A stretch of 64,000 nucleotides of DNA from Phallusia mammillata (taxonomy: Eukaryota), in contig OZ281500.1 of NCBI GenBank assembly GCA_965637545.1, positions 8,060,001 to 8,124,000 on the forward strand, written 5' to 3'. Each line of letters begins with the position of its first letter. Within the stretch, counting starts at the first letter, position 1. Positions 37,301 through 59,687 of this stretch are shown piece after piece. Position numbers and translations under genes: made by a program. A model generated the notes under the pieces. The model made no database searches and had not been told where the DNA came from. It worked only from the letters and a program-made list of their open reading frames with translations.

Positions 37301-40300
37301 CATTACATCGAGGGCGGTTTCAGACATTACATCAAGCGAATGATAGTTTAAAAAATGATTTTGACATTAGTTTTGGCATAAGAGCGGTTTTAATTCATGC
37401 ACACAGTCTTAAATGTGATATAACATGCACCCTTCATTTAATGTCGTTCGATACTTTTTTAAACATTACCAATGTTTCTACCATGCAGTTGTTGAAATTT
37501 ACTTCATTCTAGCATGCAACGGCAAATTATGGCCAATCCCCCATGTTGAATTAACAATCTATTACTATTTCTGGCATTCTGTTAGGGTGTTTTTTTAGGA
37601 TGTTTTACTAATTAAGTGATATTCAGTTGTTATATTTCATAGAAACAGTCATCGCCACACATTCACGTACTCAGTACAGTTTTCAGACACACAAGAAAAA
37701 CAAACAAAAAAGAATAGAAAATAAAATACAATAATAAAAACACGGGGATTGTCACCTGCAATACAGAATAAAAGAACGTTATGAAAACTACCTCTGCTGC
37801 CTTGAAATTCCCAAAGCAAGCATGCCATTCAACATGCCGACGTGGCATTTTCATAGCAAAAGTTTCAATGGTTGCCTCTAACAGTGCTCCAAAGTCAAAA
37901 ATACATTGGTTTGCATTTGTATATATTCCTTTTAGGAACTTGAAATTTTGGGATTTATTTATAGCACCAACGATTTGTGATGTGCTGTAGTAATTAGGGG
38001 AACACAAGGTCAACAATATTGCAATTACACACAACAAATGTGCGACAGGCAAGTGAAAGTTTTGCTATGTGGGTATTTCGTGTATGCAACAACGGCATTA
38101 AAAATTTTTCAAAACTTAAGATAATTTACAGCAAACTATTTAATTTATTTATATCCTAAGTAGCTCCAACATACCTGCACTGCCTTCTGTGAGGAAGAAA
38201 AGTTAGAACTAACAGTGGCCAAACGTAGTTGAAACAAATTTGACAGTCATTGTTCGAAATCTTTGAATTTGATTGATGCAAACGTACGTGTTATGCTTTA
38301 AAGTGAACTACATTCGTAAGAAAAAATACAGCTTTAGTCTTTCTACTACATTTAACATAGTTTCGGCCACTGTTGTCGTTTGGTTTACAATTTAAACAAG
38401 ACTTTACCTGGCTGTCCAAACCAAGATTCAAAAGCATGAAGAAAAAAAGAAATGCCCAGATGGGGGCGAAGGGAAGATTGGCCACAGCAGCAGGATAAGC
38501 GACGAACGCGAGCCCGGCACCTGAAGATCACAAAACACATACAAGGTAAAAATATTTTGTGAATCAAGGGAAGGCAACCTTTTTGTACTGCGGACCGTTA
38601 TTGAAACTAAAATTTTATCGCGGACCGGCGTTTAAAAAACTACAAATATTCAGTAAATGATTGATTAAGAAGCAAATGCTTCTGACCCAAAATCAGTAGA
38701 CACTGGGTAGGTATATTCGAGATATATATTTCATAAGTTTTTGGAGACTGACGATGCCTGAATAGGTGAAATATATATCTAGAATACACCAACCCAATGT
38801 CTACTGATTTTGGGTCAGAAGCATTTGCTTCTTAATCAATCATTTACTGAAAGAGTTTTGATTCAGTGATCGTGGATATTAACATGCCTACTATTAGAGA
38901 GACAGATCCTGTGAATAGCATTTATGTTTACAAATATTCAGCAATGAAAACGATTAAATAGTTTATCATCCCCGGGCTACATGGGTAAAATGTTTTGAAG
39001 CATTTAACCTGTAAAAGTATACGGCCCGTTAACGAACTCCTCGCGGACCGGTTGCCGACCACTGGTCTAGATAAATGTTGGATTGAATAGCTTTTCGAAT
39101 AGACGATGATCGTAAAAAATATATAAGCCACTGTGTCTTCCGATGTTTGACAAACAAACAGAGAATTCGTTGTAGTGATTTTACTACCGGCGCAAAAGTA
39201 AATTGGCCAGACAGTCAAGATACAGCGAGCCGCACGGACCGGCAGCATTGTCCGGTTTAAAGCGGATCTTCCCGAGCTAAACCGGTCTGAACAAAGGTTA
39301 ATTTTGAGTGGTTAAAAAAATCTAAGGGTTGTAAATATTGCAGACCCACCCTGATCTACAACGTCGGCTACATCTCTGCCTGTCTGATGGGCTAAAGCAC
39401 CGAGTACCGAGAAAACGACGAAACCTGCAAGGATGCTTGTCCCACAGTTGATGGCACAAATTGAAAGAGCATCCCTGAAATTGCAGAAATGCCGACGTGA
39501 CAACGAAAAACGATTATACCAAACGGTGTATCGACAAAGGCTTTACTCTTGCTCTATTGAAAATACACTCGTAAAAACTTCTAATAATTGAAATTGGTCA
39601 AATTGTAGTCCTGTAATGTATGTAAACCTCTCGGTGGTAATTATGTGATGTTACTGTTACTTGTTACTGTTAAGCTGCTGCAAGCCTTTATTACACTTTT
39701 TCATACCTGTACACATTATTGTTGAACTTGTTCAGCGAAGAATATGACAACAAAACTCCCCAGGCCGCCCCGAGCGAGTAGAAAATCTGAACGGCCGCGT
39801 CCGACCAAACCTGTGTACGCATTTAACTAAATAATTAATCTAAAATTTTATACAAGATCACTAAAATATGCCAATTTTTGGGATGCAGATTTACATTTAT
39901 TCAAAGTTGGCAAATTTGTACTCTATGCTATCCAGTATCAAAACGTGTATAAGTTGTAGAGACCAAACAACTTTTTTTTCAACTTGAATACCTATACACC
40001 CATTTTTGGTATAAAACGGCAATCAGTTGGCGATTCACAACATAAAGATGTCATATGCGATGTGAGAACCACGTTTGTGTTTGTAGCATACTTGTGTCGT
40101 GATAGATTTGCATGGGAGCAGAACGTTGAAAAATGTTCAAGTTTGTGAAATTAATACTGTTACTGGTTGCATTGGTCGGATTAGGCGACTGTAAACTGTA
40201 GGTAAGTAGATTCTTGGAGTTTTTTTGCTTGTAGATGTGAGATGGTTAAGTCTCTACGATTTACATGATTGGGTACAGAGTGCAAATAAGTGGTTAGTTT

Positions 40301-42608
40301 CAAAGCTGCCGATCCCATATGCGATGCGAGGTCCTCTTTTGTTTTCGGCAGCCTCTCAACCAGCCACCGATTTCCGCTTCGTATAATTGTGTTCATAATT
40401 TATTGCATTGTTTTGTTGAGAGCAATGGTGCAGCAGGGTACGTTAAAAATGCAAGGTTACCATTGGGCAAAATATTTAAATTTTACTTACCCGTATGTCC
40501 CCTAACTTGGTGATGTTAGGTGTTATGTAGTACTCTACACCCTTGTAGGCTCCCTCCTCCATTGCACCGCGAATGAGTAAAATCAAGAGAACCACATAAG
40601 GAAAGGTTGCGGTGAAATAAACAACCTAAAATGCATATATTCTACTTCAAACAGAACCGAGAACACAACAACGCATTACAAAGCGCCCATCGTGTAATGA
40701 GGAAACCGATCAAGTTACTGGAAATCGTCCGTATCCTGATTGGTTTCAAACAGCCATATTGTTACATGTGGCACCATTTTGTGTGCGAGATCGTGTTTCT
40801 GAAACGGCCGGCACTCTGCCTTCCAAAAATCCATACCTTCCCACTCCACTTGACTCCCTTGAAGAGGCAGAAAAACACTATGACCCAGGCGAGTACGAGA
40901 AAACCGAACAACTCCCACTGCATGTTGCCCGTTACTTCGATCCCTTCCGTGAGACGCAGAACCTTGTACCTGGAAAACAGCACGAATTTCGTATCGCAGA
41001 ATAAAGTTATGCGATAAGTTGAGGTAATACTAACGTGAAGTATTCCTGGGAAGCAGTTTTAAACTCGACACAACTCCCGTTGATTTCGGTCGTGTTCGCC
41101 CAGTCGCTACGGTTCAGATATAAAACTGCATTCAAGTTGTCGGCTGATACGTTTGTCTGGCCGTTTCCATCGAACCACCCGAAACCTTTGGAGCAGTTGA
41201 CTCCGGTCCATTCTGGCGGGGAGCTTATTGTTGAATCTATAAAACATGTTTTTTGTTATTGCTTATGCTGGCTTTGCAGAAGGAAAACTGTAAATGCGCT
41301 GATATTATCCAAATCCATTATTGTGTGGACATTTTCCTCGCTGTTGAAAGTGATGGCCATTTTCCGCCGAACGATCCTTCAATATGAATGGCTTTTAAAT
41401 GCGAAATATTCTGATCGATTGTGAATAGGCGCACAAAATTCTTGACCAAACATTTTAGTTTTGTTCGACGATTTTAGTTTGCAAGATTTTATCGTAGATG
41501 GGAATCAAAGCCTCCACTCGAGCTTTTGATGGAATACGCTTAAATAAACAGGCGGTATTGGCACATATATGTATACCTTGCTCTTGTTCTTTTGGCATAT
41601 AACCCTACTCGATATTACACAACCCTATTGTCTAAACAAGATAACTGATAGCAAAACAAAAAACAAAAAAAATAAACTGTATAGCAGTGCTTGAAAAAAA
41701 AGATGCTTACTGAATGACTTGTCTCTGCAATAGTCAGTGTTCCAGTCGTTATTGCATGTAGACCACGGCAAAGTGGACGTAAACGAATTTACGATGAAAT
41801 GAAGGCTGTATGCAATGATCACGTTGTAGTAGACACACACCACAAATGAGATAATAATCATGCAGTAGCCAACACCTGCAAAATTTGAAACAATAGTTGG
41901 TATCGATGATACATTTTTTGATGGATGGTTAAAATTCGTTAAAACTATTTGGAAAAAAATACCTTTAAACATTGGACAAACTTTCCAGATGGAAACCGGC
42001 CCGAGAGCTCCGAATTGACCCAATGACAGCTCAAGGAAGAAGAGCGGGATGCCGCAAATTAACAGAAAGATCAAATAGGGAACAAGAAACGCGCCTAAAA
42101 ATACAGTAACTCCAATCATACACATAATAAATTATTTTGTGGATGTTCTCGATATTTCGGAAAATAATTTACCGCAAGTTATAATTTTTGGAAAACCCAA
42201 TAAGACGCATTACAGACTATTTTATTGAAAACATGTCATAAGAAAACGTTCTTTTTTCTACTTTTTGGTGCGGTATTTTCACCACCATAACGTGGCAATA
42301 AAGGCATAGCATCAACGTTCAAGCGGTTTGAGATCAAAAATAAAACTAAATTTGATTGATTTACCCACCTCCGCCATTTCTATAGCAAAGATAAGGAAAC
42401 CTCCAAATGTTTCCCAGCCCTACGGCATATCCTATGCAAGAAAGAAAAAAGTCGATTTTCTTGTCCCATGTTTCTCGTTCTGGCTCGTCCTTCAAAAAAA
42501 AAAAACATTATTAAAAATACATAATTAAATGGTTGTGAAATTGGTAACATGAAACAGGTGTACCTTTGCTTTCTTTCCCCCCTCGATCATGGGCTTCTCT
42601 GTATCCAT
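34400..42608 (-). CDS. SLC6 sodium/chloride-dependent neurotransmitter/amino-acid transporter (GlyT/proline/ATB0,+ -like), 658 aa
   Basis: Fifteen phase-consistent exons: 42608-42564, 42489-42369, 42094-41963, 41875-41711, 41236-41035, 40969-40837, 40625-40491, 39810-39707, 39474-39350, 38520-38408, 36198-36070, 35758-35659, 35588-35482, 34983-34807, 34588-34400. SNF signatures include [91 protein letters not shown] and LGLDSQF. Confidence 0.95.
38649..38851. repeat. 85-bp inverted repeat (81/85 identical) with 33-nt spacer
   Basis: 38649-38733 is the reverse complement of 38767-38851 with 4 mismatches. Confidence 0.95.
38741..38784 (+). ncRNA. Minimal type I hammerhead ribozyme motif (Penelope-like-element type)
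   Basis: TTGGAGA CTGACGA T GCCT-GAAT-AGGT GAAA TATA TA^ TCTAGAA. It has CUGANGA (38748-38754), a 4-bp helix II, GAAA (38768-38771), a palindromic ATATAT helix III, an AUA cleavage triplet (38775-38777) and helix I with 5/7 pairs. Confidence 0.7.
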
Positions 42609-43034
42609 ATTTTTCACAAAATATTTTTCTAAACCTTTTATCAAGCAAAACTGCGACAAAAATATAAATTTTAGCATAAAAAAAAGTTATGTCATTGTCA
42701 AAACACACACAAAAAAGAATTTCTGATAGTTTTCGCCATGTTGGTGTCAATAAAAACAACGCATTGTTTTGTTCAGAATAACAAACGCAGCAGGCCTCAA
42801 AGCACAAATATGGTCATGTTGACTGATTAGGTTATACACAAAGAAACAAGCCCCTCTCTCTTTCGATTCGGGGTATGTTTAAACAGTAATTTGTGCTTCC
42901 ACCTAGCAGGAGCGTGGAATGTTTTTGTTATTTTCATTTCTCGAATTGCGCTTTTCAAAGTTGTGGAAAAGGTTTTTCGACAAACTCGCTTTTTTTGGCG
43001 GACATATTTAACAAGTTTAACTAAAACGTATAAA

Positions 43035-44770
43035 ATGTTTAAACAGCAAAACGAACAACAGGCTCAACCAAAGATGGTCGATAACGAACTCAACAACGAG
43101 GTCCTCGAAACCCTTCAGTCTACCCGAACAAATTTTGTTGCTTCAAGGGAGAATGATTGTTGGAAAACATATAGGCCGTGCAAAGGAGGCTAGATGGTTG
43201 CTTTTGTTCTGTATGTTTGCCACCTTCTGTGCAAACATCCCGATCGTAGGCTATATCAGACCCGGCAATCGCCAAAATGTTTTTCGTATGCACTTAGCTC
43301 TATCAGGTACCAGTGACACACAACATTATTTTTTTTAAATCCGTCTTTATACCTACGAACTTTATTAATTTCTAGTTAATTCTATGTGCTGAGCGTGCTC
43401 GTTTTGTTACAGGCAAAAGCCTTCTAGTTTAACATTTTGCTTTATGCGTCCGACTAAACGTTGGTTTGCATTGTCGGTTGCAAAAACGTTTACTAAATAG
43501 AAAATGAACACCTTTTCTCCGAACTGCTCCCCTTTGAAAAATCGAACTCTGTGTAAAATGATTTTGAAATATTTCTCCGACCAAGGGCTCTGAAATCAGG
43601 CCAAATTGAGCGATTTGGGCCGGAATTTGACCAACCTGGTAAAATCGGTTTGTAATCTTTCGAAAACGCAGACTACTTTTGTTACTATTCCAAACCAACC
43701 ACCAACTTCAGAAAGCTAAAGCAATACATGCGCCTGCTCACTCCGAAGTCCGAAGTCAATGACAGGCTGGTGCATGCCTTCTTCAACCGCTGTTGCCGGG
43801 ACCACATGTCAAGCCCGCCCTTTTTCGTATGCTATCGCCACCTTTTTTTATTCCCGTGACTCTGCTTCGCTGTTAACACGTTGGTCGTTTCGAAAACACA
43901 TGTAAAAAATAAGATTACTGACCACGATTGGCGTAAATCATGTTATCGTCGGAAATTGTAAACATGTTGTTAGGGATCAATATGTTAACCAAAAGACGGC
44001 GAAGTTATGCTAATTTTATTAAACTTTTAAATAAAATACGCAGCTACGACTGCTTTTTGCATACAGCAATCTAAATAATGACCAAATGTATTAATTGCAT
44101 GAACTAAGGAATAGTTTTTCGGTAAATACAACATCAAAAAGGCGTTATTTTTTGTAAGATATAAACGCATCTTCTTGTTGATCATCTTTGCTGCTTTCGA
44201 GTCAATCCGGAAGCAACAATTTATTATCTTTTAGGAAAATGCGTTCGGCTAATTTAAATTGCAATTTGCAACATTGCCTGCACTGTTAAAACCTTGTTGT
44301 AAACCAAAAATTTTTGCTTGTACTTATCTTTGGCTTCACTGTACTGTTGCATTAAATGTTTTTTTAAGATTTAAAATGACTGTTTCTGATTAAACAAACT
44401 ATTTTTCTAAAGTCACATCTAACTAACTCAAACAGTTTTTAAACCCTCAAAATTATAATTGTACAAAAAAAACTACAACATCAAAAGTTGTTGACAAACG
44501 TAGCAGTGCCCTAACTAGGCTTGTAGATAGGTTACACAAAACAAACAGAACATCAGACACATATTTTGTGTACTTCTCTTCTGCTGTTTCAGGCTTGACC
44601 ATACACGCTATAACGCCCATACTACGTTAACAACTCGACTGGACAAGTGCTTTCAACAACAGAACAAAGCCCAGTTGATTGAATCGGAAAAAAAGAGCCT
44701 GTTCATGAGATTACACCCCAAGAAAGATTTAAACGCCGCTGGACATTCACTAAACCCATTGTGCAATTAA
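43035..44770 (+). CDS. Candidate small uncharacterised gene (~125 aa, or ~96 aa from ATG 43194)
   Basis: A strong donor (ATCAG|GTACC at 43306) and a strong acceptor (ttctgctgtttcag| at 44593) join in phase to a 58-codon open terminal exon. The ATG 43035 frame reaches it only if a weak 72-nt intron (43178-43249) removes TAG 43191. No homology recognised. Confidence 0.35.
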
Positions 44771-45424
44771 GTTTTTGGTGCATTTCGCTGCGGGGGAGTT
44801 GTTTTATGGGTATGCCTAAATAGCGACACACACTGTTTTCAAATTATTTTTCTGTTTAACGACGACTTGCTCGTACTAGTTGTACCCAACCTTTTTTGAC
44901 CAAGCGGCCCTTCTCACGACCAGTCCAGTGTTACATAGGTCAAAACTTGCATTCATTTTTTCTAGCCTGTTGCAACGGCACTATAGCATTTTTCCTTCCT
45001 TTACAAGCCTAATAAATCACCAACAAATACGTTTCTGCACATTAACAAAAAGAAAGTTTAAAATCCTGTTGTGTAAATAGGGTCATCGCAGATCCTAGCA
45101 ACAAAAAGTTACAGTATACAAGTCATATTACAGCACAATGCATACCCAGAAGACCTACTGCATACTCAAAGACCTACTCCTGCATGCAGGTCGAGTACAT
45201 AACACTAGAAACGCGTAACACTAAAAACATGCAAATAATATTCCTACTTCAAAGCTTCTTCTTTGATAGAATGGCGTTTGTCATTTGATTGTTTTGATAA
45301 ATGCTCATTGTTTCGTATGAAAAAACACACCACGCATTGTTTTCTTAGATGTTTTCGATAGTGGTTTGACATGGAAATAGAAAGTAATGATTTATCAAAT
45401 TTGCTGAATATGTTCGACTGAATC

Positions 45425-45683
45425 CATGGGCGCCGCCACGTAGGGGCAAGAGGGGGCACTTGACCCCCCTTGGAATTTCAGTGTACCTCAATTTAACATA
45501 TTTAGCAGCAAACCTAATTAAATTGGCAGCGCGGGGATTTGTGACATCGTTCAATGCTTTAACTTTTAGGCAACTCAATTGTGAAGTACACGATTTATGG
45601 CTTCATATGTAACAAATTCTTGATGCGGTAAAGTATCAGCCAAAATTTCCCCCCTCTTGCAAAATTTTCTGCCGGCGCCCATG
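45425..45683. mobile_element. Non-autonomous DNA transposon (259 bp), 8-bp TSD (hAT-like)
   Basis: TIR CATGGGCGCCG / CGGCGCCCATG and an exact TSD ACTGAATC (45417-45424 and 45684-45691). Confidence 0.88.
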
Positions 45684-45938
45684 ACTGAATCGGCCATCTT
45701 CACAAAGGTTCGTTTTCGGCAACAAACCTTACTGCCATTAATGTTTTTTTCGTGAGCAACTTTAAAGCGCAAAACGTGTCTGTTTCGTCTTATTTCATAC
45801 CACAATAATCTTTCAAACAGAACCAAACCTGACATCGCGTCCACTAGCATAAATTCATATCCATAAACTCACAGAAATTCCTTTGGTAAGTTTTACTAGC
45901 ATTACTCTTTTGTTGGTAGCGAACTTGAGTGTTTATGC

Positions 45939-46256
45939 CAGTGGTTCTCAAACTTTTTATGCATGCGGCACATTAAAGAACTAAAATATGTTGCCGTGGC
46001 AAACTTTGCAGGTAAACATAACAAAAGTTGTTTAAAAATGGTAATTTTCAACCTAATCGTGATGGGTAAGGATGCTTTCAATTAACAAATAACAAAAATA
46101 TGAGCTTAGAAACGTTGTCATACACACCAGTCTTTCATTATGAAGTCTTAAAACACCAGGAAATGTTTGCACTTTAAAACAAGAAGATTTCGCGGCACAC
46201 TTGGAAACCTCACACGGCACACTAGTGTGCCGCGGCACACAGTTTGAGAATCACTG
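45939..46256. mobile_element. hAT-Charlie-like MITE (318 bp)
   Basis: TIR CAGTGGTTCTCAAACT / AGTTTGAGAATCACTG (15/16) and an exact TSD GTTTATGC (45931-45938 and 46257-46264). Confidence 0.92.
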
Positions 46257-47418
46257 GTTTATGCCAAAGCCGTAGCGCATGACTTCGCAGGGCATCACAA
46301 GTAATTCGGTTTATAAGGCTGTTGATTATTCGGGTTCGGCTTAAATTAATCCGATTAGGTGCATCACTGTCAGAAAGAAAACAAAAACATGTACGGTCAT
46401 GTCCCTCAATTAAAAAATATACCATTTCCTGCATTGCATTACAGACAAACCACAATACTGGAACTGTCAACCGCCCCACAGGCTACAAGTACCGTAAAAT
46501 ACGCTAGCAAACCCAAGTCAAATATTTCATCTGTCGATGCAAAGTCTTGTAGGATTAAAACCTTTTGCATAGATCTACACTTAAAGGCACTTTGTGTTAC
46601 CAATATAAAATGTGTTGGTCCACTACTATACCTAATACCGGCAATGTCAATTGTAAAATAAGCAGCTTGCAAATAATATGTAACATCACCTCAAAGTTTT
46701 GCATTGAAGAAAGAACCTGTCCTGGCTAAGTAATATCTAAAATTCAACAGCAGTTGAGCAGTGTGTACCACTCAGTCTGATACATTATATTTTGATAAGC
46801 GCGTCGCGAAATCGTATGTGGAAGTACATGGGAGTTTACTATGTGTTGGACATGGGATACTCGAGTTGTTGGTGCACAGTAAAATTTCAACCAAGTGTGG
46901 TCAAGCAGCTTAACTGAAACAACTAACTGATCTATCAAAGAACAGAAAAATGCACAACACTAATACGACGAAACACGACAGCAACTCAACAAACAGCCAA
47001 AAAGTTGATTAAAACGACTAATTTGAAAATATATCAGTGTGCCAAGACCAGAAATTAACGTACAGTCAGTTTGCAGCTTTAACATTGCCAGCTGGACAGG
47101 GCAATGTACAAAATGGGTTCTCAATTCTGCTGTTCAGTAGGACTTTCTGTTGACAAAACGTACAAACAGCTTTTCAAGCGGCAAATTTAAGCGCCAGTGT
47201 TAAGCAAGAAGGGCCGGGCACAAGATTTTTGACATATACAGCAGCAGGATTCGCGACCGAGCTCAATCCGACGAAAACGATGGAAAACACAGGTGATATG
47301 GGACTTTTCTCACGAGCGGAACACTTCCAAGACATTGTCACTAGCGCTTAAATTAACCAAATAAAATTGACCTAACGCAAGAACGAGATTTTTACAGTAG
47401 AACAATGCTGAACTTATA

Positions 47419-58882
<11,464 letters not shown>

Positions 58883-59003
58883 TTAACGAACTAAAGCAAA
58901 CAGGTTTGTTTAGAACAATATTTACGTAAATGGTAAACATACACTTTTTCACGATCAGTTGTCACCTTAATAGAAAGCAACATTTAATTTAAACTCAAAC
59001 TCC

Positions 59004-59019
59004 ATTCTGGAAATTTCTG
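59004..59019. promoter_or_regulatory. Heat-shock element (three inverted nGAAn units) upstream of HSPA4
   Basis: TTC-TG-GAA-AT-TTC at 59005-59017, ~170 bp upstream of the HSPA4 ATG. This is the canonical HSF-binding pattern. Confidence 0.8.
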
Positions 59020-59687
59020 GTACATGCTCTTTCTTCACTGGACTATGTTCATTTGCGCTACAGCGATTTCACAGTTTTCAGGCATGATATCCTATCCCTC
59101 ATCCGAAAGAAAATACGAGAAGATGAAAAAAATTATTTTTCGGCCTGTATTTTTTTCTTTTCTGTAAATTAGAGTAAGAAAACGGCTTAACAATATAAAG
59201 TCTTGCTGTTCCGTAGCTACCTCCGACTTTTAAACCAGTTGTAAAATAGTACCCAAAACTATATGTACAAGCTGATGAAACACTTTTTATTCATATTGCG
59301 GTATTGTAGCACCACCATGTATATTGGAAAAATACATGGTAACCTGAGAATAAACTCAATACACAAAATGTAAATGCTGACCTTCTGTTTTTATTTCAAC
59401 ATAGTAACAAATCATTTTCTTTATTTCTTAAACGAACAATGTGTCTTAATCGTGTTCAGAAAGAAACAAGTTCAAATAATCAGCAAAGTATAACAGCTTG
59501 CACAAGCAAACATGTAATTTCACTTTTTCAGTATTAAATAAACTTCATAGAACTTGTAATGTTCTCTTGTGCGTTGCAGTGGCCCTTGGCCCGAAACTAG
59601 GACAACTCCTGCTTTCCAGTTCAGTTGCAAGTGTGGTCCTCCAGATGATAAATTTCACCCAGGTTGCATGTAAGTTTTTAGGGTAGT

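Larger units (their letters stand above)
38565..39064. mobile_element. Degenerate hAT-type MITE in SLC6 intron 9, hosting an inverted repeat/hammerhead insert
   Basis: Left end CAAGGGAAGGCAACC versus right end GGTTGCCGACCACTG (11/15 as TIR), with internal GCGGACCG motifs near both ends. The TSD is not conserved. Confidence 0.65.
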
